A stretch of DNA of 63,477 bases, counting the filler, from Octopus bimaculoides (lineage: Eukaryota): assembly GCF_001194135.2 (NCBI RefSeq). It is 7 parts of 6 records of this genome, joined end to end, with 100 filler letters (N's around TTAATTAATTAA, not from the genome) between each part and the next. Parts side by side here need not be neighbours in the genome. Positions count along the whole stretch, not along the records: positions 12,446 to 18,896 come from NC_068993.1; positions 18,997 to 46,096 come from NC_068985.1; 5 more parts are not named here. One strand, written 5' to 3'. The notes below the pieces were generated by a model, which saw only the letters and a list, made by a program, of their open reading frames with translations, did not search any database and had not been told where the DNA came from. The translations under genes and the position numbers were made by a program. This document shows positions 13,099 through 24,982 of this stretch, in pieces. The first letter of the stretch is position 1. Each line of letters starts with the position of its first letter.

Positions 13099-13469
13099 GT
13101 AAGTAAGTAAGTATTCGCAGAAACGAATTATTTTGATGATAGAGAAGGCATATGTGTGCGCGCGTGTTTTGTTTGTGCATAATGAAATATATTGTTTAAT
13201 TAACGAGGAGCCAACGCAAATTAAGCTAGCTCTCCATGATAGCCTGCCTCAACTTATTATGTAAATTAATTATCAATATACTATGGGATATACATTATAA
13301 CTACTAACTAACTCTTTTGGGAGTATACCAGTATTACTTATATCGCAGCCATTAAGAACATTCGTGGATGAATCTTCTTATAATTGATGCCTTGTAAACT
13401 CTTACACGTATGTCATATTGATTACTCGTCTAATTATAATTTGTGTGTTCTAACATTTTTTTTTGTATT

Positions 13470-13832
13470 CTTTTACTTGTTTCAGTCATTTGACTGTGGC
13501 CATGCTGGAGCATCGCCTTTACTCGAGAAAATCGACCCCAGGACTTATTCTTTGTCAGTCTAGTACTTATTCTGTTGGTCTCTTTTGACGGAGACGTAAA
13601 TACACCAGCATCGGTCGTCAAGCGATGGTGGGGGGACAAACACATACAGACACACACACATATAGATATATACACATATAAACGATGCGCTTCTTTCAGT
13701 TTCCGTCTACTAAATCTACTCACAAGGTTTTGGTCGGCCCGAAGCTATAGTAGAAGACACTTGTCCAAGGTGCCAGGCAGTGGGACTGAACCCGGAACCA
13801 TGTGGTTGGTAAGCAAGCTACTTACCACGCAG
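13470..13832 (-). mobile_element. tRNA-derived SINE (family A), reverse orientation
   Basis: Reverse complement of the 628-1195 element, including the tRNA head (…GGTAAGCAAGCTACTTACCACGCAGCCACTCC on +). Confidence 0.85.
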
Positions 13833-13838
13833 CCACTC

Positions 13839-13889
<51 letters not shown>

Positions 13890-14119
13890 NNNNNNNNNNN
13901 NNNNNNNNNNNNNNNNNNNNNNNNNNNNNNNNNNNNNNNNNNNNNNNNNNNNNNNNNNNNNNNNNNNNNNNNNNNNNNNGGATTTGATTTGCAAGATTCC
14001 TTATGTGATTTCGTGTGTTGAAGCATATTTTGTTGTGACTGGAGAGAGTCATTCTCTTTGTGTGCCTTATTATTTAACACATGCACCGGTTCAGCTTCCA
14101 CTCTTGCAACCTTTTCGAT

Positions 14120-14325
14120 AGCCGTTAATTCTGTCCGTTTTCCGAGCTGGTTCTTCGTCCGTCTTTACGTTCTGAGTTCAAATTCCGCCAAGGTCGACTT
14201 TGCTTTTCATCTTTTCAGTGTCGATGAAATAAGTACCAGTTGTACCCTGAGGTCAATGTAATCGATTAGCTCTCCATCCACAAAGAAATATCAGGTCTTG
14301 TGCTTGTAGTAGAAAGGATTATCAA
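14120..14325 (+). mobile_element. tRNA-derived SINE (family B)
   Basis: GTTCTGAGTTCAAATTCCGCCAAGGTCGACTTTGC...AAATAAGTACCAGTT shared with 48958 and 61492 copies. Confidence 0.8.
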
Positions 14326-15639
14326 GGGAAGGCCAAAACAAACAATAGAACTTGGCAGCCCCTGTCAAGCCGTCCAACCCATGGCAGCATGGAAAACGGA
14401 CGTTAAATGATGATGATAGTGATGATGGTTAATCGTTAACATCGATCTCAGAGTTTGAATGGTACTTTATTTTATCGACTCCGAATGTATGAAAGGCAAA
14501 GTTGACCTCAACAGGATTTGAACACAGAACGTAAAGAGCCGCGGCAAATACTCACAAGACATATAATCCGATGCTCTATCGATTTTGTCAGTCTACCGCC
14601 CGCAGGGAAACTGACATGATAACAAAAATAGTGTATATTCTTGGTGTTTGGTTATGTTGACGAGGAGGAGACGGAAAGATAGAATTATTGCACGGTAAAT
14701 CATTATAAAACAAACAAATTAATAAATAAACAAATAATGTTCGCGCTGCTATTTCTGTCTTTTCCAAATTAATTAGTGGAATAAGTAAAGTGGTTCCAAG
14801 TGAGAACTGAAAACGAATCATAGAATATTTTTGCCAAGAATTTTTTGCTGTACCAAACTACCAGATGAATAATAAATTAAATCTTGCATCGGCTCAACAG
14901 CAACATATACACCTTTCTTTCTTTCTTTCTTTCTCTTGCTTTCTTTTTTCTTTTCTTTTTCTTATTTCTGCGGCGAAGAAATTTGAATAAAACCCAATAT
15001 CATTGGTACTAATTTTATAGACCAATCTCACGAAGAAACAAAAAAAAAAAACAAAAAAAAAAAAACAAAAGAAAAATCCTCGATGTAATTTGAACCGAGA
15101 AACGTGAGGTCCTGAAGTAGCTCTCATAAAATATTTAGCCTTGTATGTCTAACATCCGTGTCATTACCAGCGTGCTATAATTAATTATGGGTTCTAATTT
15201 AGGCAGAAAGTCAGTAATTTTGAAGAGTGGGGTTAATTGATACCGTCGACCATAGCACTTGATCGGTACTTTATTTTATCGACTCCTAAAGAATGAAAAG
15301 CAGAATTGACTCCGGTGAGATTTGAACTCGGAACGTAAAGAGCTGAAAGAAATATCACATGGTATTTTGTCAGATATTCTAACGATTCTGCCATCATACA
15401 GCAGTTCTGTGAACGACCTATCGTAAAAATAATGTTCACCTTAGAATTTGAAACAATGAAAAAATACCTCTAAACTGATGTGATGTGATTTGATTGTTGG
15501 AGGCATGGAAACAGAATCTGAGTAAGCAGATAAGTTTACAAGAAAAGCTGGTATCAGTAACGAAAACACTGGGCATTAATTAGATTAAAAAATCTATCCA
15601 GTGTGTTCATCGCCTTAGTTTTTCACTTCGAAATGGATA

Positions 15640-16450
15640 AAAGCTAACTCAAAGTGACTAATAGGGTTTTAATATCTCGTTAAGGATTGATTATAGGAGA
15701 AAGGCGAATCGGGTTATTTCGAATGCAACTAGATAATGTTCTGTAGACTAGTAGAAAACAATAGCATACGCTATCCACATTCTAAAATGGTTGGCTATGT
15801 AGACCACAAAATTGTGATTTGTACGGTCGACCTAGATAGATTTCATGGGCAGGGCCCTGGTTACTGGAAGCTAAACGTGCCTCTCCCGGCGCGCCGAGCT
15901 TATAGAGATCTCATTAGCGAATTAATTTAGCGGGTGTTGACGGTGGCAACCATCAACAACAAATGGTGGTTTGCCTTAGAGTAGAACGAATTTGGTTTAG
16001 TAAGGTTATAGCGACGGAGGAAACTAGAATACAGGGAGACAGTTAAAAACTTGGAAGAGGCGCTTAGAAATTGCAATCGACGTATTCGCGGCGAAATTGG
16101 AATTCGACAAATTCTTCAATGTGAAGCACGAAAACTGCGTATCCAGAGTTAAGGCGCGTATACGGGTATACGGAGAGCAATGAAACAGTTCTCTACGCAC
16201 GCGTCCAGTGCCCGAGCATTACTGATTTGTGGAGTCATGTCGAACAACTGCTGTCACATGCAGGACGGATCCCTAATGGTCAGAGTGACTGTGGTTTTGT
16301 GAGGTCTCTACAAGCAGCCCTTGGAGATCTCCCTGTTTAGGGAGAGTTATATCTAGTGTGAAATTTTATTTCTTTGTTGCTGTTATTTTTATATGAACCC
16401 ACATTTTATGGTATCCTTAGTGAATCCTTAGAGGTAAATAAAGAAAATTT
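15640..16450 (+). mobile_element. L1/Tx1-type LINE remnant (end of APE domain joined to C-terminal/3' region)
   Basis: VGYVDHKIVICTVDL...GPGYWKLN resembles the Tx1/L1 ORF2 SDH...G.G.WKLN motif; later VQCPSITDLWSHVEQLL resembles the C-terminal Cys region. Confidence 0.65.
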
Positions 16451-16451
16451 C

Positions 16452-16496
<45 letters not shown>

Positions 16497-16499
<3 letters not shown>

Positions 16500-16976
16500 T
16501 AGTTTTATTATTATAACGTGCTTTCACTTCACTACCGAGCGCAGCTCTGTGTGCCTTGGGTATGTGCTGTGGTTTGCTGTGATGCTCTTATGGTTACTGT
16601 ATTGAAAGTGTTTTGCGTAAGATGTGTGCAGTGCCCAGTAGTGCAATTTTCTGTATGTTATATATATTTGTAAGTCCTGGTGTTTTTGTTATGTATTTGT
16701 CTGAATATTTTTTATTATACCTATACTATGATAGGAATTGTTTCTGTTTTTAGATTCCACATTCGAGTTACCTCTATTTCCAGGTCTTTGTATTTTGAAA
16801 GTTTTTCCATTTCTTTTAGGGAAACGTTGTCATCTGCTGGTATTGATACATCAATTAGAAAGCATTTTTTTCCTTCATGATCTTTGACAACTATATCTGG
16901 TCTATTGGCCTTAATTTCTCTATCTGTGTGTATTGGCATATCCCAGAGTATGGTTGCTTTCTCGTTTTCTGTGACC

Positions 16977-16978
<2 letters not shown>
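16497..16978 (-). mobile_element. 5'-truncated R4/Dong-like non-LTR retrotransposon (restriction-like endonuclease domain) inserted in (TAA)n
   Basis: ILWDMPIHTDREIKANRPDIVVKD...FLIDVSIP...EKLSKYKDLEIEVTRMW (PD-D/ExK RLE), then in another frame IQKIALLGTAHILRKTLSIQ*; (ATT)n on both flanks. Confidence 0.9.
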
Positions 16979-17027
<49 letters not shown>

Positions 17028-18029
17028 GATATTGTTGTTGTTGTTGCTGTTGGCTGAATCGTTGTCTCGTTGAACAAAATGCTTAGCGGCATTTCTTCCG
17101 GCTCTTTACTTTTTTGAATGCAAATCCTACTAAGGTCAAATTTTCCTTTCATCCTTTCGGAGATCGATAGCGTAAAGTACCACTCGGGTAATGGGGTCGA
17201 TGTAATCGTTTAACTCCATCCCTTAAAATTACAGGTCTTGTACCGAAATTTGAAGCTATCATCGTTACTGAGTTCAACCGGGGTCGATAAAATAAATACC
17301 AGGTGAATACTGGGGTCAAAGGAGTCGGCTTACAACCGAACTTGTTGAAACCATTATTATTATTATTGTTGTTGTTGTTGTTATTGTTGTTGTTGTTATT
17401 GTTATTGTCATTATTATTATTGTTGTTGTTGTTATTTCTGAAACTGCCAAAATGTCACCCTAAACAAAATATAGCAAATGGAACTTGTTTCTCCAGTCGT
17501 TTTAACTCCCTCACAACTCTATTACTCATGAATTCGTTTAACTTCTTATCTTCCCGTACTTGGATTCCATCTTGCAACAATACAAACAAGGCAATTACCA
17601 CTCTAACTATGCTAACTTATACGATAACCATGCAAGACGAGGTAAGGCGAATAGAATAGATAACTGCTCGGTTATAATTGTCCAATAATTTAAGATGAAG
17701 TGAAACAATGTTACGGATCGAAATGTTACTGATTTCAGAAATAAGAACATGAGAAAGAAGTTGATAGCATCCAGAATATATTTTTAAAAATGCATATGAT
17801 TCCAGTAATTCTTGGAAGAAAAGCGAATCCTTGGATTAATAAAACCAGAAGATATTGAAATTAAAATATTTAATTGAAATATCGTCAAGAAAGTCAAGTT
17901 CTTACTAGTACCAAGTAAACCCCAGGATCGATACAGTTGGGAGGTTATGTGAGGAAATACACCGGTTAAAAAATATTACGGATCAAATTAAACCAGAAGG
18001 CGTATATATTAAAATTAGTATTTTTTTTA

Positions 18030-18290
18030 GCGGTGGAGGTACGTGGCTGAGTAGTTAGCGTGTCAGCATCATGATCGTAAGTTTGTGATTTCGATTCCTG
18101 GACCAGGTGACGCGTTGTGTTCTTGAGCAAAACACTTCATTTCAAGTTGCTCCAGTTCACTCAGCTGGCAAAAATGAGTAACACTGCGATGGACTGGCGT
18201 CTCGTCCCGTCCCGTCCAGCTGGCGAACACATACGCCATTGAAACCGGGATACCGGGGCCCATGAACCTGACTAGGCTTTAAAAAGGACA
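18030..18290 (+). mobile_element. tRNA-derived SINE (family C) with CORE-like domain
   Basis: A-box-like GTGGCTGAGTAGTTAG, B-box-like ATTTCGATTCC, TCTTGAGCAAAACACTT; reverse copies at about 48255-48810. Confidence 0.75.
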
Positions 18291-18849
18291 CATTTATTTA
18301 TTATATTTTTAGCGAATCGTTTTAATCGAGGCAGCAAGTTCAAACTTGTAGCAAGTAAATATCTGAATTTTGAATCTAGATCAGTAGATGAAAAGAATGT
18401 CGTGATTTAAACAAAGTCTATGGAGAAAGATATCAGAAGATGCAGTGCTGTCTAATTAGCATAGCTCCTGGTTTCGTGTTTCAACTATTATCTATTCTCT
18501 GACTGAAGTCGAAAGTTCAAACACCATCAATGAATTATAGAAGGGCACCACTGCAGATGAATGAATCAAGATATGGGGAAATTCTTGGATAATACATAAT
18601 ATATATATATATATATGATGACTGGACGGTTGTGGTGAGTCGAACTAATAAGAAAAATTCTTATTTGATAGAACGGATGTATAACTGTAATAGTGAAATG
18701 TAAATGCCGAAAAGAGAATTTTTGATCAAGCTGGAAAACATTGGAATTAGCTAATTTTGTTAATTAGAAGATAGTAACATAATTAGAAGTTAATTATTTG
18801 GACAAATACACATCTATAAGTATTTCATGGCTATGCATATGTTTATATA

Positions 18850-18896
<47 letters not shown>

Positions 18897-19022
18897 NNNN
18901 NNNNNNNNNNNNNNNNNNNNNNNNNNNNNNNNNNNNNNNNTTAATTAATTAANNNNNNNNNNNNNNNNNNNNNNNNNNNNNNNNNNNNNNNNNNNNATAA
19001 GCCTTAAAATTCACCCCATAAT

Positions 19023-19325
19023 TGCCCACGGGCATATGGCGTAGTGGTTAAGAGTGCGGGCTACTAACCCCAAGGTTCCGAGTTCGATTCACGGCAGCGA
19101 CCTGATTAATAATAATAATAATAATAATATAATAATAATAATAATAGTAACATCGATAGGAATGAGAACCCAGGTTCGAAATTTCCCCAAGACACCTGAC
19201 GAAGGCTGGAGGGTATATCAGCCGAAACGTTGTGTTAACAACAAACAAGATGAGGACGAATATCCATCAAATGTAGATAATGTAAATAATGTAAATAATT
19301 CCTCATCTCTTAAATGTAGAACTGT
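19023..19325 (+). mobile_element. tRNA-headed short element with a Penelope-type 3' region containing a hammerhead ribozyme motif (copy 1)
   Basis: A box TGGCGTAGTGG, B box GTTCGATTC, (TAA)n spacer, then a conserved tail; a second copy lies at 47870-48184. Confidence 0.85.
19191..19236 (+). ncRNA. Minimal type I hammerhead ribozyme motif
   Basis: gACAC-CUGACGA-A-GGCUG(gagggtatat)CAGCC-GAAA-CG-UU-GUGUu: stem I, full core, 5-bp stem II, loopless palindromic stem III, GUU cleavage triplet. Confidence 0.7.
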
Positions 19326-19624
19326 ATTTTACAGTATTTATACTTGAATAAAGGCAGGAAAGGCTTCATCTCGCATTATCTCAAAGCTACAAGAATTCAA
19401 TAACATGATCTGTTTATTTTTTTAACGATTTCGTAGAGCAGTTGGATACAGCCAGATTTGGCCAGTTTGAACAAATAAAGGGGAATTTATTTTGTGGCCG
19501 ATACGATCACTAAAGGGTTAAAATTGAACAGCTAAGTTTTACAGTGTATAATAATTTGGACCATGTAATACTTCAGCCTTAAAAAACAAACTATTTCTAG
19601 ACAAATTAGACATTAAATACCTAC

Positions 19625-19747
19625 CTCCTTTTTCCCTTCCATCACATCTAGAATAGTAGCCATTGTATTAAGTACACCTAAAGCAGTAATGACTTTGTCT
19701 TCAGATGATTCAATATCAGCATTCAGGAGCTGGTGGAAGGTTTGAGC
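19625..19747 (-). CDS. IPO7: Importin-7 exon (AQTFHQLLNADIESSEDKVITALGVLNTMATILDVMEGKKE), last visible exon
   Basis: aag/GT boundaries, 123 nt, phase 0-0, similar to recalled human AMTFNQV...DDKAVTAMGILNTIDTLL. Confidence 0.92.
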
Positions 19748-20929
19748 CTTTAAGAAAAATTAAAATAAAATAAAATTAATCATGATGAAAAATGTGAAGA
19801 AATCAGCATTTTAGAATTTTAAAAATTTCTTCATAAGAATTGTTTTTTGGATATATTCTAATATTTATTTTTTTTTTTTTTTTTGGAATTGCATCATGAA
19901 TATAAAAATATATACTCAAAAACAATTTAAATAATGCTTATTTATTCACATTGTTTTGAATTAATCATGCATTTATTTTGTAGTTTGAAGATTTTGATGA
20001 GGTAACTTTTTAGAATGATTTTGTAGGGTTGGTGTGAGAGACTAGGTCAGGCAGATTTGAACAAAGGTTGTAGAATATTTTGGCTGGATAAGGTTGGTTT
20101 AAATATTAAGTGGTTAAATATATTTTGAGGGAATTTCCCCATGTCATTTTGAATTACTAAAATGAATGATTTTTCTTTCCATTAATCTAAAGTCTGGTCA
20201 AACTATGTTTGTCCAGAGCTTGTTGCTATAATTACCAAAGAACATGATTTGATCCCACCTGCATCCATTCAATTTTTTTATCGTTTGAATTTGAGTTGTC
20301 TCTTACCTTTCTCTAGTAAGAATTGTTATTAACACTTTACAATTTTATGTGTGCACGCATGTAGACCACTATGTGGATACCCACCTAATTCAAGTGCTAT
20401 GGAGCATAGGATCAGATCAACAGTTCTTTTTAGATAGTTTATTAATAATAACGAAGTTAAGTATGAAAATTAGATTATGTAAAATGCAATTTTGACTTGA
20501 AAAATGTTAGGTCTCAAGATTGGGTTGCAATATCTATTCCAATCAATGCAAGCTAGGATAAAATGCATGCGAACATGGAGAATAACATCTACCATTCTTA
20601 TATGTCTATTTGTTTAAAAATGAAACAATAATCAATTTTGAGTAGAAGTTGTCATTCTACTGTAGTTTAGTCTTCTTGTGTAGTAGTGTCATTTATTTTG
20701 TTTGGATTACTTTTTTTTAAATGTTTTGAATTTAATGTCATAATTGACAGTTTATTTTTGATTTCTTTCTATAAGTATACTTTTAAAAAACAATGTGTAT
20801 CTCTTGGCCAGGGAATTATTTGGTAAAGAAATATGTAAAATAGTGTTTCATTTCTATATTTTTAATTATTCCTTAATATCCTACAAAAATAAGTACTTAA
20901 TTCACAAATAATTTTGAAACTGGACCTAC

Positions 20930-21048
20930 CAAATGTGTCATCATTTCTACAGCAATAGGTAATACATCCTCAACATAATTACAAACTAAGCGTTGCAACA
21001 CACTTGTCAGTTCATCATTCTCTGTTTCACGAATGATTCTTAGTACCT
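20930..21048 (-). CDS. IPO7: Importin-7 exon (EVLRIIRETENDELTSVLQRLVCNYVEDVLPIAVEMMTHL)
   Basis: cag/GT boundaries, 119 nt, contains the conserved IIRETEND motif. Confidence 0.95.
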
Positions 21049-21196
21049 CTGTAACAATAAAAATATGCAACTGATGTTAAAAAAAAATTACTATTAAAAG
21101 GAAAATAATCTTAAAATCCTAACATCATCTGTATTTTCATTTGTTTCAAGTCAGTGAACATGCAAATTTTTCAAGGTTTCATGAAAATGTGCTTAA

Positions 21197-22703
21197 CCCT
21201 TTCGTTACCATATTTCTAACCAAATTACACCCCTTATGTGTTTCAATTAATTTCTAACATAATCATAAATTTAGGCTGGTTTCATTAAACAACTCTAACT
21301 TTTTTATTTATCAACATATTAATGTGATTTTTGGAAGATAAATTAACGAAAGGTTCTCAACCAATTCTATACCAAAATTTTTGTCACAAAGTAACTTTAA
21401 TTACAGGTAAATACAGGTAAATTCAACAAAATATAAAATTATTTAAATTTTTGTTTAAACATCGCTATAGAAAATGGGTTATTAACTAATATTCAATTGG
21501 GTATACAACAAAATATTATTATAGAAGAGTTGTGCACATTACTGGATTTATTACTGTTTCTTTTGCCAGTATAAAATTAAAATCCAGAGCAGTACCCANN
21601 NNNNNNNNNNNNNNNNNNNNNNNNNNNNNNNNNNNNNNNNNNNNNNNNNNNNNNNNNNNNNNNNNNNNNNNNNNNNNNNNNNNNNNNNNNNNNNNNNNNN
21701 NNNNNNNNNNNNNNNNNNNNNNNNNNNNNNNNNNNNNNNNNNNNNNNNNNNNNNNNNNNNNNNNNNNNNNNNNNNNNNNNNNNNNNNNNNNNNNNNNNNN
21801 NNNNNNNNNNNNNNNNNNNNNNNNNNNNNNNNNNNNNNNNNNNNNNNNNNNNNNNNNNNNNNNNNNNNNNNNNNNNNNNNNNNNNNNNNNNNNNNNNNNN
21901 NNNNNNNNNNNNNNNNNNNNNNNNNNNNNNNNNNNNNNNNNNNNNNNNNNNNNNNNNNNNNNNNNNNNNNNNNNNNNNNNNNNNNNNNNNNNNNNNNNNN
22001 NNNNNNNNNNNNNNNNNNNNNNNNNNNNNNNNNNNNNNNNNNNNNNNNNNNNNNNNNNNNNNNNNNNNNNNNNNNNNNNNNNNNNNNNNNNNNNNNNNNN
22101 NNNNNNNNNNNNNNNNNNNNNNNNNNNNNNNNNNNNNNNNNNNNNNNNNNNNNNNNNNNNNNNNNNNNNNNNNNNNNNNNNNNNNNNNNNNNNNNNNNNN
22201 NNNNNNNNNNNNNNNNNNNNNNNNNNNNNNNNNNNNNNNNNNNNNNNNNNNNNNNNNNNNNNNNNNNNNNNNNNNNNNNNNNNNNNNNNNNNNNNNNNNN
22301 NNNNNNNNNNNNNNNNNNNNNNNNNNNNNNNNNNNNNNNNNNNNNNNNNNNNNNNNNNNNNNNNNNNNNNNNNNNNNNNNNNNNNNNNNNNNNNNNNNNN
22401 NNNNNNNNNNNNNNNNNNNNNNNNNNNNNNNNNNNNNNNNNNNNNNNNNNNNNNNNNNNNNNNNNNNNNNNNNNNNNNNNNNNNNNNNNNNNNNNNNNNN
22501 NNNNNNNNNNNNNNNNNNNNNNNNNNNNNNNNNNNNNNNNNNNNNNNGAACTGTTTACACAAATAATCACTGTTTTCACGAATGTACTAACGAGATTTGC
22601 TCAGATATTCTCATTTAAATATGAATAGGTGATTACGGGCGGTTTTGGGCGGCTTGGTCACATGAACCAAAAATTTTTTCGGGCGGCTTTGGTAACGAAA
22701 GGG
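21197..22703. mobile_element. piggyBac-like non-autonomous element (interior mostly N gap) in an IPO7 intron
   Basis: TTAA on both sides and a perfect 14-bp TIR CCCTTTCGTTACCA / TGGTAACGAAAGGG. Confidence 0.85.
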
Positions 22704-23314
22704 TTAAATTTGTGACTAATTCCCTTTACGACTCATGGGCCTTAATAACAGAGATTAATGGGTTAAAGGTTTTAACTATTAGTTTACAAAGTCAACAACA
22801 TAGACTAATAGATTCAACTACAAAAACAAAATTTGAATGACAATAGATTATTTCACTCTGGATAAGGTTGGTTTAAATGTTAAGGGGTTAAATATATTTT
22901 GAGGGAATTTCCCTTGACATTTTGAATTACTAAAATGAATGGTCTCTGACATTAGAAACCAAGAAACACTAATATCGGTTGCTTTACAACTGCAAGAGAT
23001 CATTCAGACTACTAATTAAGTATTCTCAAAAGCTTTAGCCTAAGAAGATTTCATGTTCTTGTGGTCGGTGAATGAACAGAAACAATGTAGTCAAGAAGAC
23101 TCTTTAGTTGAGCTGAGAACAAGTTAACTTCTTTAGTGTTAGTGCTAAACTAAAGTACTCCCAGTACATTAAAGGGTTGGCATTATGTAGGATGTGCCAA
23201 AAATGAAATATACAAGACATAGCACCTTAAACCATGGGGGGGAGGGGAAGTTCTAAATAAGTCAACCCACGTTATCGCTGAAAGCAGGTCTAAAATCATT
23301 ATGATTATACTCAC

Positions 23315-23356
23315 CTAAAATAACTGGCTTGATATGAGGACGTACAAATTGCTTGG
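23315..23356 (-). CDS. IPO7: Importin-7 small exon (AKQFVRPHIKPVIL)
   Basis: 42 nt, aag/GTGAGT, phases fit both neighbouring exons; similar to human AKEYITPFIRPVMQ. Confidence 0.88.
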   Translation of the reverse strand, partial: PSNLYVLISSQLF

Positions 23357-23632
23357 CTTAGTAAAAAAAAAAGAAAAAGGAAAGAAATGATGAGCATTAG
23401 TAGCAATAATAAATAACAACATTCTGTTTCAAATTTATTTTTATGTTAGAATATTTTGAGTTATTGTCAAAAATACTTGATAGTTTTAAGAAAAATAAAA
23501 GGAACATGCAATACCTGATACAGGAAAACAAAAACAATCTCCAAGAGGCTGAAACTACTCTTGAAATGAGCCTTGCATTCTGTTACCCCAACTAATTAGG
23601 ATGGTTGTACAGACACATCCAAGTTGTGAGTG

Positions 23633-23676
<44 letters not shown>

Positions 23677-23789
23677 TGGACTGACCTGGAGGAAGGGGGT
23701 GTGCCCATAACCTTCATAAGCCCACAAAGACTGGTGAGAGCGATAGCTCCTCTTGATCAGTTGCAAACTAATGACTGCAAATAAAACCT

Positions 23790-24880
23790 GTGCAAGGAGG
23801 GAATTCTAGAGAACTGACGTTCTGAGCACAGTAATCAGTGTAGGGACATAGAAAAATAATAGGAGATACAAGTAAATTAGGAATTCCTGGGTGAAGATAT
23901 GAAACCAACCAGTTCCAAGGATGGAAAACCACTGTAGTAGCAGTGGAAAAAGCAGAAGAGAAAACATTTCCATAGACAAGTTAAACTGCATAGGTGAAGA
24001 ATTCCATACCAAGCAGGCAGATGTCATTTCTCTGGATAATGTCTAAGATGCTCTGTGTGTAGTAGCAACACCATCTTAAATATAGGACCAATACTCTATT
24101 GCGAGTCTCACCTGATATTTGTTGAGGGTTAGAAGTTGATAGATGCCGAAGTATTTTCTGCCCTAAAGAGAAACCAGTTTCCATCATGCTCTATTTGATA
24201 TAATGACTATCAGCATTTGCCCAAGAACATCCTCAGCAATGGAGTAAACTAGCAACTATAGCAAACTTGAGAGTCTTATTGCATGCTATTCACAGGAAGA
24301 ATGGTTGAGAAAGTAGGGCTTTCTGTTGTTGTTGTTTTGTTTTTTACGTAGGTAGATATTGCCTCTCTGTGCTGGTGAAGCAAGACTAGCACCTCACTGG
24401 AGGAGGTTTACAAAAGCTTGTTCATGGAGTCACAGTAGATTTGCTATTAGGCACCTACAATAAATGTGCATGAAGCTTTGATATGGAAGATTAGAATGTG
24501 ATAATGAGCAGTACTATCTGCAAAGAGTTGTTGGATGAGAAGACAAATAGATTTTTAATGTGTAGTTTAATGGACAGTGGAGGGTGGAGAATAATACAGA
24601 ATCTCCAGGCACAATATGGTCAAAGTGATCTCTATCAACAAACACTGCAATGATGTGATCTAAAAGAAAATTTGCTAATCCAAGAGATGGGAAATAGCTG
24701 GAGCCAAGAGGTGGGGGGGTTGCCAAGAGGTGAGGAGTTTTTCCAAGAGATAGGTTGTTTAGCCTCAGATGAGCCCTGATCAAACAGACTTAAAGCACCA
24801 GTCATGACCATCCCATCTTTCATTCATGCAGTATATCTAGAACTGCATTATCCAACATATCTTGCTATTCTAATTAAGAT
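23790..24880 (-). mobile_element. Degraded L2/Jockey-group LINE RT fragment in an IPO7 intron
   Basis: Broken frames read ...LANFLLDHIIAVFVD...PGDSVLFSTL... and QLLTLNKYQVRLAIEYWSYI*DG, resembling RT PQGSVLSP and LYKAQVRPHLEY motifs. Confidence 0.6.
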
Positions 24881-24982
24881 GGCAGGTTGTCGTTCGAGGA
24901 AATACAGGATACTATTATTAGCCAGTCAAGTGACCATATAGAAACTCATTCATTGGGAGATGTAATAGAGAAATAAAGTCAC

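Noticed and set aside
19033-19102. Apparent tRNA gene with an ACT anticodon (also 47894-47966)
   Set aside because: Acceptor stem does not close and it is fused to a shared repeat body in both copies; it is a SINE head.
21519-22579. 340+ aa ORFs in three frames (likewise 55101-56403 and 56480-58009)
   Set aside because: They span N gaps translated as X, flanked by microsatellites.
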